A stretch of 64,000 nucleotides of DNA from an uncultured Planctomycetaceae bacterium (GCA_963976765.1 CAXBME010000014.1:62001-126000); one strand, 5' to 3'. Shown: positions 10,101 through 21,819, counted from the first letter of the stretch. The notes: generated by a model from the letters alone, not told the origin. Translations and numbers: made by a program.

Positions 10101-10213
10101 AGAGTCTCGACGGAGCCCGGAAGTGGTATCAGACTCTGCGGAAAGAATTCGGTGAATCCGACTTCGCCAGCAAAGCTGCAGAACGGCTGAAGAAGCTCGG
10201 TAATGCGTCCTGA
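7109..10213 (+). CDS. Large exported tetratricopeptide-repeat protein (CpoB/BamD-like TPRs)
   Basis: Signal peptide, many TPRs ending in 'FP.S/YP.S' with 'A.Y.LG/A' patterns, C-terminal 'YQFPEWQAPALFQAGQC'. Confidence 0.85.
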   Translation: MLSRNSRRPSSLVSFTLFLSVTIAALLHPDFARADAGLDAYNFARGLYKAERWLQAEEAFRKFQTEFPKHEQIPFGMLYLGLSQIQLENHAVARDTLDGFIQKYPQNSDIAHARYRVAECSYYLNELERAEKDFAGCLKDFPKDPFREYALFYLGDTQRRLGKSQEAVVNLQASLDLFPQGRMAAEARFGLAQATEAMGDSAKALQLYRDAARGAQADRGDAAQLALANLLFAQNKYHEAVTEYEAMGTRFPESRLRSVATLNAGFAHYQNNDFPNALSKFDEAAANPTQAVTAGYWKGLTLKALKDYSGAAQVLAEVEKKAGELPIAESVVYQLADCQFRSGQLASAEASFLKVTQTWPMGQFADHSLYFATECILESVRDAEPTTRTARLKEAELLLSKFDRDYSTSSIRLSHKLQEGQFLMLRATAEDMKKAAEIYDAVLKATQRPQTQAEARYQLARVRQAQGDSQGALEAIAPLAEAVIKEPKSELPESLILYAFLSLEAARPADALLAANSYLQHHPTGPLRDQAWAHVASAAAKTRDWTVADKAVSSLLNDHPESPIVSRTILNVAETAYEAKHWQAAGRFFETLLSPGLDSPFHAAALSGLAWSKLQQMDYETAAQRFQQFVKEHASHELAPESGFMVGDALQRAPRLKDAATAFEEAFKKFAPHEQAFLAGLQAARVQARLQQTDQANRIYAAVEGQFPKRSEHDQLLNEWALVLYEAERYAEADELFRRLTNEHPESSFADNARFSLAESDLVNGKVQFARAAFEALAADEKADAVVREDSLFRLIGIDSDNEQWNDVAASAEKFTKQFPESHYASDVQFYRGSSQLNLGDSENAEKTLAQLADRISDPAVGQSQWASHLWPLLAESQVRQKKYDAVIATAEKARRWKAESPAHYMLDEVVGRAWKNQAKFTEAMAAFSRVIASESGARTETAAKAQLMMAEIHFLKKNYAAARDDYLKVYFLYQFPEWQAPALFQAGQCEELIASKESLDGARKWYQTLRKEFGESDFASKAAERLKKLGNAS

Positions 10214-10383
10214 CGTAAACTTTGAAACAGTCAGGAAGAACTCGAAACATTGCCGGTTAGCCAGGAAGTGTCATCTCGGCGGGCTGAGACCTTGCTGGAA
10301 ACTTTTCGCTGGTCAGACCGTCCACCCGGTCGACAATCAGAGAAACAACACATTCCGTCGCAAGAACGGATCGAGGTTGACTC

Positions 10384-11304
10384 ATGCGTCCGTCGAAAAA
10401 CTCAATTCTGAAAGTCGCTGACCTGCATCGTGCAGCGCTGGCACTCGTTGTCAGTCAGGCGATCGTCATGGCGTTTCTGGTTGGCAGCAGTCAGGCCCAG
10501 GATACCGGTCCGACGCCCATTCCATCGTCGCCGTCTGTGGAGACGTCACCGCCAGACATTTCTGCGAAAACAGCCCCCGCCGTTGAAGCCGCTGAAAAAT
10601 CCGGCATCCCAACGCACCCGGTCGAGATCATCCAGCAGATGAGCGGCTGGCTGGTCCCGTTTCTGATCGCCTCGATCATTTCGGTCTGGTTCACAATTGA
10701 ACGCGTCGTCGTCCTTCGTCGATCGCGCGTGATTCCCCGCAGCTTTGTCGAACCTTTCCTTGATGATCTTCATAAAGGCAAACTGGACGCCGTGACGGCG
10801 GTAAGCCAATGCCGAAAGAACGACAGTCCTGTTGCAGCGGTGTTTCTACACGGTGTCCAGAAATGGGGCCGTCCGAGTGTCGAAGTCGAACAGGCTGTGA
10901 TCGACGGTGGCGAGCGTCAGATTGGCCAGATGCGCCGTCACCTGCGAGTGCTGAACGGTGTGGCGACCGTGACTCCCCTGCTCGGATTGCTCGGCACGGT
11001 CGTCGGCATGATTCAGGCCTTCAACGATATTGCCAGTGCAGGAGCGATGGGCAAAGCCGACCAGTTGGCTGCTGGTATCGCGATGGCCCTGCTCACCACC
11101 GCCTTCGGACTCGCCATCGCGATCCCGTCACTCATTATGTACATGTATTTGTCCGGTCGAGTCGAAGCGCTCGTCATGGAAATGGACGCACTTTCCCAGA
11201 AGGTTGTCCGGCATGTTTCTGCCGAAGGACTCGCAGCAAGACCGGTCACCAAAAATCGACCGCGAACAACTCCTTCACCGGAACCTTCGGAAGCAGTCGC
11301 CTGA
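10384..11304 (+). CDS. MotA/TolQ/ExbB proton channel family protein
   Basis: [17 protein letters not shown] and [18 protein letters not shown] signature helices. Confidence 0.92.
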   Translation: MRPSKNSILKVADLHRAALALVVSQAIVMAFLVGSSQAQDTGPTPIPSSPSVETSPPDISAKTAPAVEAAEKSGIPTHPVEIIQQMSGWLVPFLIASIISVWFTIERVVVLRRSRVIPRSFVEPFLDDLHKGKLDAVTAVSQCRKNDSPVAAVFLHGVQKWGRPSVEVEQAVIDGGERQIGQMRRHLRVLNGVATVTPLLGLLGTVVGMIQAFNDIASAGAMGKADQLAAGIAMALLTTAFGLAIAIPSLIMYMYLSGRVEALVMEMDALSQKVVRHVSAEGLAARPVTKNRPRTTPSPEPSEAVA

Positions 11305-11448
11305 CCGTCGGCCAGTCGACCACCTCACGAAAGTTTGCCACCGACTCAACCAATGTTGATGTTCGATTTGCCGTCTGGTCGAAATCTTTCACGGGAAAAA
11401 CCAGTAAGTCGCAACGGGCAAAGTGATCGGTCATCGTTTTACCGGCGA

Positions 11449-14400
11449 TCACTGCTGGCCGAATCCGCCACCGCCGGGAGTTTCAATCGTCAGGATGTCT
11501 CCGACGGAAACTTCCAGTTGCACTTTGCCGGGCAGTTCGACTTCGGATTCAGCCCCCGCTCGCCGCAGTCGGTTCTGCCCGACGGCGCCAGAGCAGCCAC
11601 CTTCCAGACCGAAGGGGGCGTAGTCACCTCGCCGTTCGGTTAACAGCGAAACGGTAAGTGGTTTCAGAAATTCGATGCGACGCAGGATCCCGTCGCCGCC
11701 CCGCTTCTGCCCTGCCCCTCCGGACCCGCGTCGAATTGAGAACTCATGAACCCGAACAGGGTATCGACGCTCGATAACTTCCGGATCGGTCAGCCGGGTA
11801 TTCGTCATGTGAGTGTGTACGGCGTCTGCGCCATCGGCGTCGCACGTCGCACCACTGCCGCCGCAGATCGTCTCGTAGTATCCAAAGCTGCCATCGCCAA
11901 ACGTCAGGTTGTTCATCGTCCCCTGACTGGCCGCCGCCACGTTCAGTGCTCCCAGCAGAACGTCCACGACCCGCTGCGAAGTTTCCACATTGCCACCGAC
12001 GATCGCCGGACAACGTGCTGGATCGTCGTCGGCCTGAGGGTTCAACAGGCACTCGGGCAAGACGATTCTGATTGGATCCAGCACGCCACTGTTGAGCGGA
12101 ATATCTTCATCGATCAGACAACGGAACGAATACATGACTGCTGCCGTGACGATTGCTTTGTTCGCGTTGAGGTTTGACGAAAGAACCGGACCTGTCCCTG
12201 TAAAATCAACCGTGGCACAATCCCCAGCGATCAGAATTCGAACTGCAATCGGCGAGCCATCGTCCAGATGATCGACTCGCGAATACTCGCCGTCCGGAAT
12301 TTTCGCCAGTGACATTCTCATCTTTTCGCTGGCCGCCTGTTGAATTCGTTCCATGCACGCTCGAACCAGACTCAGGGAGTGTCGATCGACCAGCTCTTTC
12401 AGTTGTCGAACTCCCGAACCGTTCGCGGCAACCTGCGCCGACACGTCCGAAATGTTGTTCTCGACCGCTCGACTCGGCCATTCGCCCGACAAAAGTAACT
12501 GCCGCAACTCGGCCTCTCGGGACACGCCACCGTCGACCAGTTTGAAGCACCGAATCAGGACTCCCTCTTCAGCCAGCGATTTCGAAAACGGCGGCATACT
12601 CCCCGGCACAATTCCGCCAATCTCCGAATGATGCGCCCGGCTGGCAGTCAGAAAGATCAGCTCACCGGTCTGCTCATCGTAAACCGGCGTAATGACGGTC
12701 ACGTCGGGCAGGTGTGATCCGCCTCGAAACGGATCGTTGGTGACATAGACGTCCCCGGGCGCGAGGTCGGTCACATCGGCGAGCAACCGTTTGACCGTTT
12801 CACTCATCGCTCCAAGATGCACAGGAATGTGTGGAGCATTGACCACCAGATCGCCAGTCGGCGTAAAGATCGCACAACTGAAATCGAGGCGTTCTTTGAC
12901 GTTTGTCGAAAACGAGGTCATCTGAAGCGTGACGCCCATCTGTTCGGCAATCGCCGCAAAAAGATTGTTGAAAATTTCCAGCGTGACGGGGTCAATGTCT
13001 TCAGGCCGGTATTCGGTCGCGTGACCTGAGACACCACTGGTCCGGGAAGCTGTTTCATCGTCGTCCGAAATCACAATCTCGCCACGACTGAGTAACTTCG
13101 CTGAGAATCCCGGCTCAATGACGACAGTCGACGTCGGCTCGCAGACAATCGCCGGTCCCGCAAAGTGATCACCCGGCTGGAGTTGCTCCCGTGTGTAGAC
13201 AGGCGTGACGACAGGAGCCCCTTCAAAATACACCGTCGAAAATTCAGTCGGGGCCGGAACGCGATCGTCCAGAAACTGCGGTGTGTCAGGAGGATCAGGC
13301 ATCGTCCCCACCACTTCGACCCGGGCGGCCACGATCTCCAGAGTCCGCCTCGAGTGACAATACCCGTACCGAGCCTGATGAAGCGATTCATAGGCTTCCC
13401 GCCATTCTCCATTCGTCGGCTCAAGAACGTTGATTGTCGACTCAACTCCCTGATATCGCAGATCGAGACTCCTTCGCGGATCTGAGATTCGTTCCTTCGG
13501 AATGCCTTCCGATTCGACTTCCAGTCGCGCAGCAGCAGCCAGTTCTTCGAAGCAATCACTGACCGATTCCGGCAGTCTGTTGTCGCTCCATGTTTTCAGA
13601 ATCGACCGTTCTGCAAATCGCCGCACATCAGCCAACCCGATTCCGTACGCACTGAGGATCCCTGCATAGGGATGGATGAGAACGTTCCTGATGCCAAGTT
13701 CACGAGCCATCGCGCAGGCGTGTTGCGAACCCGCGCCCCCAAAGCTGACCAGAGCGTACTCCGCAGGGTCATAGCCTTTGGCGACAGAAATTCGCCGCAG
13801 TGCCCGTACCATGTTCGCGTTGGCGATCTTTCGAAACCCTTCGGCCAGCTCAACGGATTCGTAATTTGTTCCCAGCGGTGAATCGGCGATTTCATCGCAA
13901 AGCTGTTTCAGTCGTGCCTCGACAGCAGCGACGTCCAACGGAAATGGAAAGTGCTGCGGCAGCACTCTGCCAAGAAACACATTGATATCGGTAACCGTTA
14001 ATGGGCCGCCCCGTCCGTAGCATGCCGGCCCCGGATCGGCGCCGGCACTTTGCGGACCAACAAACAACCGGACGCCGTCGAATCCGCAAACGCTGCCTCC
14101 ACCGGCAGCCACAGTCTCGATGGCCAGCATCGGCGCCACGATGCGGACACCGGCCTTTTGTGTCTCAAACTCCAGCTCGTACTGACCATCGAAACGGGAA
14201 ACGTCGGTGCTCGTTCCGCCCATGTCGAAGCCGAGCGACTTTTCGAATCCAGCCTGCCGAGCAACCCGCGAGAATCCGATGACGCCACCGGCAGGGCCGG
14301 ACAGGATGCTGTCTTTTCCGACAAAGTGGTCGGCGTCTACCAGCCCGCCTGCGGAAGTCATCATTCGCAGAGAACTGTCGCCCAGCGATCTGCGGAGCCG

Positions 14401-15288
14401 TTCCACGTAGTCTCGCAGAATCGGGTTGAGGTACGCATCCGCAATGGTCGTGTCACCGCGCGAGACGATCCGAATCAGCGGTGACAAACAATGCGACGTG
14501 CTGATCTCTGTGAACCCGACGTCGCGAGCAATCTCTTCGACGAGTTGCTCATGCTCACTGTTCGCAAAAGCGTGCAACAGACAAATCGCGACTGATTCAA
14601 CGCCGCTGTCGTGAAGCTGCTTCAGTTGCGTCCGAACTTCGTCTTCGTTCGGTGATTTGAGCACGCTTCCTTCGGCATTCATTCGTTCGTCGATCTCGAC
14701 AGTCTGTTCGAACAGCGGCTCAGGTTTGTGAATTGCCAGATCAAACAACCTCGGTCGATCCTGATTTCCAATCAGCAGAACATCGCGAAATCCTTTGGTC
14801 GTGATGAAGGCTGTTCGCGCGCCGGTCCGAGTCAGCAGCGCATTGGTGCCTCGCGTTGTTCCAAGCCGAACCGAAACACGAGGAATTTTCTCCTGAAGCG
14901 ACAGACTCATGGCTCGACGAATGGCCAGAATCGGCGCTTCTTCGCTGCCACCAAGTTCGTATCGAGTCCCCGGCGCCACCTGCGGCGGAAGCAACTGCTC
15001 AACTCCCAGAAGCCCGTTCTCGCTTTGCGACTTGCGAACGCGGCCCGAGTGAATAACCCGCCCGGAGTCGTCCAGAAAACGAATGGTGTAACCCGCCCAG
15101 AATCCGTCAGGATCGCCGACTCGCCCAAGATCTACAAACCGGTCACTGCCTGAAGTCTCCTCGACAATACCTTTGGTGATGCCCGAACTGAGAACCTTCA
15201 GCGTCGACACGGAATTGTCCGGTCGGCGATAAATGCAGTCGGTAAACGTGCCGCCCACGTCGATCCAGAATTCCCACTCAGCAGCCAT
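11449..15288 (-). CDS. Fused hydantoinase A/B / ATP-dependent 5-oxoprolinase
   Basis: [65 protein letters not shown] motifs in one chain. Confidence 0.95.
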   Translation of the reverse strand: MAAEWEFWIDVGGTFTDCIYRRPDNSVSTLKVLSSGITKGIVEETSGSDRFVDLGRVGDPDGFWAGYTIRFLDDSGRVIHSGRVRKSQSENGLLGVEQLLPPQVAPGTRYELGGSEEAPILAIRRAMSLSLQEKIPRVSVRLGTTRGTNALLTRTGARTAFITTKGFRDVLLIGNQDRPRLFDLAIHKPEPLFEQTVEIDERMNAEGSVLKSPNEDEVRTQLKQLHDSGVESVAICLLHAFANSEHEQLVEEIARDVGFTEISTSHCLSPLIRIVSRGDTTIADAYLNPILRDYVERLRRSLGDSSLRMMTSAGGLVDADHFVGKDSILSGPAGGVIGFSRVARQAGFEKSLGFDMGGTSTDVSRFDGQYELEFETQKAGVRIVAPMLAIETVAAGGGSVCGFDGVRLFVGPQSAGADPGPACYGRGGPLTVTDINVFLGRVLPQHFPFPLDVAAVEARLKQLCDEIADSPLGTNYESVELAEGFRKIANANMVRALRRISVAKGYDPAEYALVSFGGAGSQHACAMARELGIRNVLIHPYAGILSAYGIGLADVRRFAERSILKTWSDNRLPESVSDCFEELAAAARLEVESEGIPKERISDPRRSLDLRYQGVESTINVLEPTNGEWREAYESLHQARYGYCHSRRTLEIVAARVEVVGTMPDPPDTPQFLDDRVPAPTEFSTVYFEGAPVVTPVYTREQLQPGDHFAGPAIVCEPTSTVVIEPGFSAKLLSRGEIVISDDDETASRTSGVSGHATEYRPEDIDPVTLEIFNNLFAAIAEQMGVTLQMTSFSTNVKERLDFSCAIFTPTGDLVVNAPHIPVHLGAMSETVKRLLADVTDLAPGDVYVTNDPFRGGSHLPDVTVITPVYDEQTGELIFLTASRAHHSEIGGIVPGSMPPFSKSLAEEGVLIRCFKLVDGGVSREAELRQLLLSGEWPSRAVENNISDVSAQVAANGSGVRQLKELVDRHSLSLVRACMERIQQAASEKMRMSLAKIPDGEYSRVDHLDDGSPIAVRILIAGDCATVDFTGTGPVLSSNLNANKAIVTAAVMYSFRCLIDEDIPLNSGVLDPIRIVLPECLLNPQADDDPARCPAIVGGNVETSQRVVDVLLGALNVAAASQGTMNNLTFGDGSFGYYETICGGSGATCDADGADAVHTHMTNTRLTDPEVIERRYPVRVHEFSIRRGSGGAGQKRGGDGILRRIEFLKPLTVSLLTERRGDYAPFGLEGGCSGAVGQNRLRRAGAESEVELPGKVQLEVSVGDILTIETPGGGGFGQQ

Positions 15289-15483
15289 CAAATTTTGTCC
15301 GTTCCGTTTCGTGTTTCAGATTTCGCAAGCCTGCTGCGATTGCGACGGCAGGTTGCCAGCTCTTTGGAAAACAGTAGAAATCCTGATTCGACGTGTGCGA
15401 CCGGCTCTGTCAGTGCGGAATTGCCGACAACCAGATTTTGAAAGGTACTGGCAAAGCCAGTGCGACACGTTTTCAACCGACAG

Positions 15484-18153
15484 TCAGTCGGCTGATCGTC
15501 TTTCCCAGACGGCGGGGAGCTTTTCTGATGCCTCACCGTAGGTTTGAGAAACGACAAAGCCGCTTGCCTGAGACGTGTAGAAGATTCGACCGTTCGACAC
15601 GACGGCGCCCAGACATTCGCGAGAGTCGATGGCAGGCCCTGTCGAAACCAGTTCGCCGTTCTTTGACAGGTCAATCATGTCCATGTTGGCCCCCAGGACG
15701 AAAGGTTCAGAAAGCGTGAACCGACAGCACGCATAGTTGTGACCAATGCTGCTGACGACTTTTCCGGATTCGCGGTCGAAGACGTTCCCTTTGCCGCGCA
15801 GCGCGTTTGAGAAGATGAAACGTTCTCCGACCGTGACGACATTCAACGCGGATGTCACGGCATCGGACTGCCAGACCAGCGATCCATCCCTGGCGTCCAG
15901 GCACCAGACGAACCGTTCGTCAGTGCCTTCCTTCGCGCGGTTGTAGCCGCCGATGTAAATCCGTCCGTCGCGAGAACTGAGCGTGCATTTTGACGTGAGG
16001 TAATACTTCGTGGTGAGCCAAACGACGTCTCCGGTGGCGGGATCGAGGCACGCGGTCAGGCCGTTGTTTTCTTCCGGAAGTCCTCGCCGTTTGCGCTGGC
16101 TGGAGGCGTAACCGAAGAAGGTCGAGTAGTACAGCTTCCCGTCGAGCATACAGATGCCGCAGTCGTTGCCGCCTCGACCATACTCAGAGAAATCTTTCTC
16201 CCAGATCACTTTGCCTGTGTCGAGATCCCAGGCCCAGATTCGCGGCCGATGATTCTTCGGGTAGTACGGATTGTCGTTCGAGTAGATAAAACTCATGACC
16301 TCGCGACCACCAAAGTCAACGGGAGTTCCTCCGAAGGTAAACGGCTTTTCGGATCCCTGAGCCGCATACTCGCCGGTGCCCGAGGCATAGATCGCGATGT
16401 TGCCATGAGCAACCGGCGGAAACTGCCGACTCCAACTGGGCGAACCCGTGAAAGGAGCTTCCCAGAGAAGTTTGCCGGTCGCTGCGTCCAGGCATCGCAT
16501 CCGTGATTGCCGAATGCCGGCCTGGGGCACAAGCAGCTTCTCATTGAGATAAAGCGGCGACGTGAAGGACAGATAAACATCGGGCCAATAGCGTCTCCAG
16601 AGGATCCGCCCCGTGTCCTGCTCCACGGCGATGATCTGCCCTTCGGCAGTGTGCGTGTAGAGTCGCCCGCCGCCACAAACGGGTAGATGCTTGACCGTCC
16701 CTTCAAGCCGCCGAGCCCAACGCATTCTCAACGGAGTGGTCAGCCCCTGATCGTTGGCATTGGTTCCGCTGAAGTCTCCGTAATTAGTGTACCAGTCATA
16801 TTTGCCATCAGCCATTGGGCCTGTCAGCGGATTGCGGACTTTCCAGACATTCAAATCCTGAGTTGGCAACTTAGCGTCGCCGTCCTTCGCAAAGATGTAG
16901 AGATATCCGTCTTCGGAACCAACGAAAACACGCCCGTCAGCAACCGCGACCGGAGCACTGATTGGAGCCTCAAATCCAGTTGCCAATGACCGAATCGCTC
17001 CGTTGCCCAGCGGCACGACGTACAGCTTTCCGTCGAGGCCACCATACACGGCGTGCTTCTTTGTCAGGACCGGAGGACAGATCGCTGCGGCAGGCGACAA
17101 AACTTCCGGCTCATCATTCTCCGATACGTGCCGGCAAAGTCCTTTCCCCTGCTCAGGGCGAACCCGGTAAACGTCACCATTCCGGATGCTGACCGACGAG
17201 AAACTCAACAACCCGGGAATGCGAATCGAAGTTTCCGTCCCCTTGACGAAGTCTGTCGTTAATTCGTTTCCGTGGAGCCGCAGTTTTTCGACGCGGCCCG
17301 CATTGTCTCGACGATGCCACTGTACATAGACATTGCCTTCCGAATCGGCACTCTGCCCGAATGTCGCCGGATATTCGGCGCCTGCATACGCAGGAATGAT
17401 CCCGACGTTTCTCAGCGCTGGTGAGTCTCCTGCATCCTCGATGAAAACTGTCCTTCCACCTGCCGGTACGACAACCGTACTCCCGATCAGGCAAATGTCA
17501 CGAGAGCAGACAAAGTGGTCCCGCCAGGTAACTCGATCCTTTCGATGAGCCAGCCAGTCAGCGCCACTCCAGCGATTCCCCGTGAAGTCGACGACCTCTT
17601 TCACAAAGTCCCACGTCCAGACGATATTTCCGTCGGGTTGCAACGCAAAGACTCGCGCGCCCAGCGTTGCGACGTAGACACGGTCCTTCCCGACAGCCGG
17701 GGCTGAGAAAACAGGCTCACGAAGATCGATCTGGTTGATAACGCTGCCGGTTTCGCAATCCAGCACGTAGTAGTAGCCGGCAGTCGTACCGACATGCAGA
17801 TAGTTTCCGACCACCGCCGGAGCGGCGACGTTGTTACAGTTGCCCGGCCCGCCCTCAGTCGCAAACCGCCACTTCACTTTCAGCGAATCGACGTTGAAGG
17901 CAAAGACTGTCCCCGAGCCGTCGATCACGTACACCGTTCCATCGCTGACCACCGGTGACGCATAAATCCCGTCGGACAGGGCAAACGACGCAGCAAGGCC
18001 AAGCGACTCGGACAGAACTTCATCAGCAACATCTCCGGAGCGTTGAGCATTTCCCTGGAGTTGCGGCCAGTTCTTTCCAGCAGACGCTTCACCGTTGAGC
18101 ATACTCAGGAGCAGAATCGTCAAAAAAACAAAAGTGCAATCACGTCGGCTCAT
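15484..18153 (-). CDS. Secreted protein with two PQQ-like (BamB-type) beta-propeller regions
   Basis: Signal peptide, WPQLQGN..RSG start, repeated 'LDAATGKLLWE'-type blades; second block begins at WYTNYGD. Confidence 0.85.
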   Translation of the reverse strand: MSRRDCTFVFLTILLLSMLNGEASAGKNWPQLQGNAQRSGDVADEVLSESLGLAASFALSDGIYASPVVSDGTVYVIDGSGTVFAFNVDSLKVKWRFATEGGPGNCNNVAAPAVVGNYLHVGTTAGYYYVLDCETGSVINQIDLREPVFSAPAVGKDRVYVATLGARVFALQPDGNIVWTWDFVKEVVDFTGNRWSGADWLAHRKDRVTWRDHFVCSRDICLIGSTVVVPAGGRTVFIEDAGDSPALRNVGIIPAYAGAEYPATFGQSADSEGNVYVQWHRRDNAGRVEKLRLHGNELTTDFVKGTETSIRIPGLLSFSSVSIRNGDVYRVRPEQGKGLCRHVSENDEPEVLSPAAAICPPVLTKKHAVYGGLDGKLYVVPLGNGAIRSLATGFEAPISAPVAVADGRVFVGSEDGYLYIFAKDGDAKLPTQDLNVWKVRNPLTGPMADGKYDWYTNYGDFSGTNANDQGLTTPLRMRWARRLEGTVKHLPVCGGGRLYTHTAEGQIIAVEQDTGRILWRRYWPDVYLSFTSPLYLNEKLLVPQAGIRQSRMRCLDAATGKLLWEAPFTGSPSWSRQFPPVAHGNIAIYASGTGEYAAQGSEKPFTFGGTPVDFGGREVMSFIYSNDNPYYPKNHRPRIWAWDLDTGKVIWEKDFSEYGRGGNDCGICMLDGKLYYSTFFGYASSQRKRRGLPEENNGLTACLDPATGDVVWLTTKYYLTSKCTLSSRDGRIYIGGYNRAKEGTDERFVWCLDARDGSLVWQSDAVTSALNVVTVGERFIFSNALRGKGNVFDRESGKVVSSIGHNYACCRFTLSEPFVLGANMDMIDLSKNGELVSTGPAIDSRECLGAVVSNGRIFYTSQASGFVVSQTYGEASEKLPAVWERRSAD

Positions 18154-18305
18154 GGTCTCTTCTTTCAGAAACTGTTTCATGGCTTATTGAAAACAGTACG
18201 GCTGGCTCCGTCAGTGTCCTCATCCAGTCAATGTCGGGAGGCGGATTCCCACTAACAAAGCCGAATGACACACTTTACTACGGAGCCGGAAAACGTCACG
18301 ACAGG

Positions 18306-19238
18306 TCAAAGCAAATGCCGGGAGAACCACTTCTTTGTACGAGCCCACATTTCGTCAGAGAGAACGTGCCCGGCACCGTCTTCAATAAAGTATGAGAATT
18401 TTGTGACCGCACCGTCTGCGGCATACGCCTTCGCAATAAGATCAACGCCGCGCCGTGCTTCATCGATCGGCGAGCCACCATCGAGTTCGCCAAGATTCAG
18501 ATGAAGCGCACGGGGCGCGATCAACGCAGCGATGTCCGGTGTGTCGTGTTCAGGAAAGATGCCGGGCACGAAGTTAGGAAAGCAGTGCAGCATGTGTTCG
18601 CGGTGCATCGCTGCGTAAGTCGGCAGGCAACAGTTGCCAACCAGACACTTCAGACGCGGCTCCCACGGACCGACAAGCCATGTATGAGTTGAACCCATCG
18701 AGTGGCCGTAGCATCCGATTTTTTCGTCAATGACTTCCGGTCGACTCTGAATGAAGTCAACGGCTCGCCGCATGTCGAGGATGTTTTTCCAGGCCATGCA
18801 CTTCCCCCCGACGACATAACGAAGAAATTCGAACCGCTCGTAGTTTCCGCCTTTCAGCCTGCCCGTCGGATCCTGCCGCTCTTCGAAACAAAGGGCGTCC
18901 GGGCAAAGCACGACATACCCATCACGAGCCAGCGCAGCGCCCGTGTGGTGCATCGGATTACCGGACAAACCTGCTGGCTCCCCTTTTCCCAGGTGCCACT
19001 GCCCGGCGTGCTGGTGCCAGACGCAGATTCCGGGAGCCGGAGTATCTTCCGAAACATGATCGGGGACGAGAAGCAGCGCCGGAATCGCGTCACCAGGCTC
19101 GGCGTCGTAGTAGACCGATTCGATACGGAAACCGTCAGCCTTGATCGTTTCCCGATGTTGAACATTCAACGGGCACGGCTCTGGCCAGTCGCCGCCCAGA
19201 CTCTTCAGAAGATGCTTCCGGAACTGCTCGTCTGCCAT
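18306..19238 (-). CDS. Dienelactone hydrolase-like alpha/beta hydrolase
   Basis: GHSMG nucleophile elbow, 'GYVVLCPD..FEER', C-terminal GAGH; start at ATG 19238 with GAGG upstream. Confidence 0.85.
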   Translation of the reverse strand: MADEQFRKHLLKSLGGDWPEPCPLNVQHRETIKADGFRIESVYYDAEPGDAIPALLLVPDHVSEDTPAPGICVWHQHAGQWHLGKGEPAGLSGNPMHHTGAALARDGYVVLCPDALCFEERQDPTGRLKGGNYERFEFLRYVVGGKCMAWKNILDMRRAVDFIQSRPEVIDEKIGCYGHSMGSTHTWLVGPWEPRLKCLVGNCCLPTYAAMHREHMLHCFPNFVPGIFPEHDTPDIAALIAPRALHLNLGELDGGSPIDEARRGVDLIAKAYAADGAVTKFSYFIEDGAGHVLSDEMWARTKKWFSRHLL

Positions 19239-19378
19239 CGTTGCCTCGGTGGTCGGGTCGGGAACGTATTCAAAGGATTCCAATCCTGGATTGTTTGTGT
19301 CCTTGATAGCGGATTCCGAATCGGGAATCATCCTCACCCGTCGTTGTTTGAGAATTCCGTTTCCGCGAGGCCAGTCCA

Positions 19379-20830
19379 ATGTCACGTCTAACGTCGATCC
19401 TGTTCGCCCTCTTTTATTCAATCGGCCTGCAATCCTGTCTGCAAACGGTCGTCGAAGGTGCCGAAAAGCCAAATGTGCTGTTTATCGCGGTCGACGATTT
19501 GAATGACTGGATTGGCTGCCTGGGCGGACACCCGGACGGTTCCTCACCGAATATCGATGCGCTGGCAAAACGTGGCTGCCTGTTTACTCGCTCTTACTGT
19601 TCGGCGCCGGCGTGCAACCCCTCGCGAGTCGCCATGATGACCGGGCTGCGACCATCGACAACGGGCATCTACGTGAATCCTCAGCCGTGGAAGTCGGTAC
19701 TCAAGGATGTCGTCACACTGCCTCAACATTTCATGCAGCATGGTTATCACGCCGAAGGATGCGGAAAGATTTTTCACGGGGCGTATGACGACGACACTTC
19801 GTGGAATCGGTACCTGAAAAAAGGTGGCGATCCCAAGCCGACTCAAGCGGTCCTGAAGGACCCTCACAGCAAGGCAGGCAGCATCATCTGGGGCGTGCTC
19901 GACAACGAAGATTCCGAGATGAACGACTACAAGATGGTTGACTACGCCGTCGACTTTCTGAATGAGGAACACGACAAGCCCTTCTTTCTTGCCTGCGGAA
20001 TTTACCGACCGCACATGCCCTGGCAGGTTCCGAGAAAATACTACGACCTGTTTCCGCCTGACAAAGTAACGCTGCCGGAAGTGCTGGAGTCCGACCTCGA
20101 CGATCTCTCACCAGCCGGTGTGAAGATGGCAGGACCAAACGGCGACCACGCCAACATTCTAAAAACCGACAACTGGCGGTACGCGGTGCAGGCTTACCTC
20201 GCAAGTGTTCGCTTCGCCGACGAACAGGTCGGACGACTGATTCGAGGCCTGGACGAAAGCGAACATGCGAAGAACACAATCATCGTGCTGTGGGGCGACC
20301 ACGGCTGGCATCTCGGCGAGAAGCATCACTGGCGAAAATTCTCGCTGTGGGAAGAAGCCTGTCGCGCTCCGCTGATGATCATTGCCCCTGGAGTCACATC
20401 AGCCGGCTCCAAATGCGGTCGAACGGTCGACTTTGTCGACGTCTATCCAACTCTGAGCGAACTGTGCGGACTCCCCATCGGCGATCACCTGGACGGTGAG
20501 AGCGTCGTTCCCCTGCTGAAGAACCCGGAACTTGAATGGAACCACCCCGCCATCACCTCACACGGCATTAAGAACGACGCCGTCCGAACCGAACGCTGGC
20601 GACTCATTCGCTATAAAGACGGCAGCGAAGAACTGTACGACCATGACAGCGACCCGGCAGAATGGACCAACCTCGCCGGGAAACTCGAATTCGACAACGT
20701 CAAGAAGGAGCTGGCTGAATGGCTGCCGAAAACTCACGCGAAGGAAGCCCCCTACGACAAGGGTAAGCAGCGATCGAAAACTCCGGGAAAAAGTAACAAC
20801 CCAGCCCCCAAGAATCAGGCGGCAAAGTAG
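19379..20830 (+). CDS. Formylglycine-dependent sulfatase (iduronate-2-sulfatase/choline-sulfatase-like)
   Basis: PNVLFIAVDDL, CNPSR, GKIFH, RPHMPW, WGDHGWHLGEK motifs; signal peptide. Confidence 0.95.
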   Translation: MSRLTSILFALFYSIGLQSCLQTVVEGAEKPNVLFIAVDDLNDWIGCLGGHPDGSSPNIDALAKRGCLFTRSYCSAPACNPSRVAMMTGLRPSTTGIYVNPQPWKSVLKDVVTLPQHFMQHGYHAEGCGKIFHGAYDDDTSWNRYLKKGGDPKPTQAVLKDPHSKAGSIIWGVLDNEDSEMNDYKMVDYAVDFLNEEHDKPFFLACGIYRPHMPWQVPRKYYDLFPPDKVTLPEVLESDLDDLSPAGVKMAGPNGDHANILKTDNWRYAVQAYLASVRFADEQVGRLIRGLDESEHAKNTIIVLWGDHGWHLGEKHHWRKFSLWEEACRAPLMIIAPGVTSAGSKCGRTVDFVDVYPTLSELCGLPIGDHLDGESVVPLLKNPELEWNHPAITSHGIKNDAVRTERWRLIRYKDGSEELYDHDSDPAEWTNLAGKLEFDNVKKELAEWLPKTHAKEAPYDKGKQRSKTPGKSNNPAPKNQAAK

Positions 20831-20872
20831 AACAAGACTGTTTTCGACGATGGAATTTCCTTCACGACGGAG

Positions 20873-21694
20873 ATGAACGACGCAATGCGTGAACTAGAAG
20901 TCGCTCGACAGGCGGCACAAGTGGGCGGAGACATTCTTGCCGGGTACTTTCGGCAGGGTATTGAAATGCGGACCAAGCAGGACTGTGACTTCGTCTCAGA
21001 CGCCGACGTTGAATCTGAACGGGCAATCATCGACGCCATCCGGTCAACTTTTCCGAACCACGCGATTCTCGGTGAAGAAGGGCAAAGCGGAACCGCAGAG
21101 ACCCTCGACATAAACGCGGAATCGTTATGGGTGATCGATCCGCTTGACGGTACAACCAACTTCGCCCACGACATTCCGCATTTCGCGGTTTCGATCGGAT
21201 TCTACCAGCGCGGCCAGCCGGTGTGCGGAGTCATCTACAACCCCGCACGCGGTGACTGGTTTCACGCTGTTCGAGGAAAAGGTGCCTTCGCGAATGATCG
21301 AAAGGTGAGAGTCGCTGACCATGCATCACTGAGTGATTCGCTGGTCGGAGTCGGTTTTTACTACGACCGCGGGGCGATGATGGAAGCCACTCTGGCGTCA
21401 ATCCGCGACCTCTTTCAGCAGAAGATTCACGGTATCCGCCGGTTCGGCACCGCCTCTCTTGATCTCTGCCAGGTTGGTTGCGGTCAGTTCGGCGCATTCT
21501 TCGAGTATGAACTCTCGCCGTGGGACTTCGCAGCCGGTCGCCTGTTTGTCGAAGAAGCCGGTGGCCGCGTGACAAATTGCCGTGGAGATGCCCTGCCCCT
21601 GGCGAAAAGCAGTGTTCTGGCGTCGAACGGAAAACTGCATGATTCGATTCTGAAGATCGTCAGTGGAAATCTTCCCGATCAGGACTGGGACTGA
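20873..21694 (+). CDS. suhB: Inositol monophosphatase family protein
   Basis: GEE, WVIDPLDGTTNF, PWDFAAG motifs. Confidence 0.92.
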   Translation: MNDAMRELEVARQAAQVGGDILAGYFRQGIEMRTKQDCDFVSDADVESERAIIDAIRSTFPNHAILGEEGQSGTAETLDINAESLWVIDPLDGTTNFAHDIPHFAVSIGFYQRGQPVCGVIYNPARGDWFHAVRGKGAFANDRKVRVADHASLSDSLVGVGFYYDRGAMMEATLASIRDLFQQKIHGIRRFGTASLDLCQVGCGQFGAFFEYELSPWDFAAGRLFVEEAGGRVTNCRGDALPLAKSSVLASNGKLHDSILKIVSGNLPDQDWD

Positions 21695-21819
21695 AGCCAC
21701 ACGTTCGGCAGAACGCTCGTCATCTGATCTTCCCCGCAGGTACTTTACTCGTCCGGCCCTGGGCGAGTACCGTCTCCGCTGAAAGTATTCTGTCTAAGAG
21801 ACTCTTCGAAAGAGAAACT

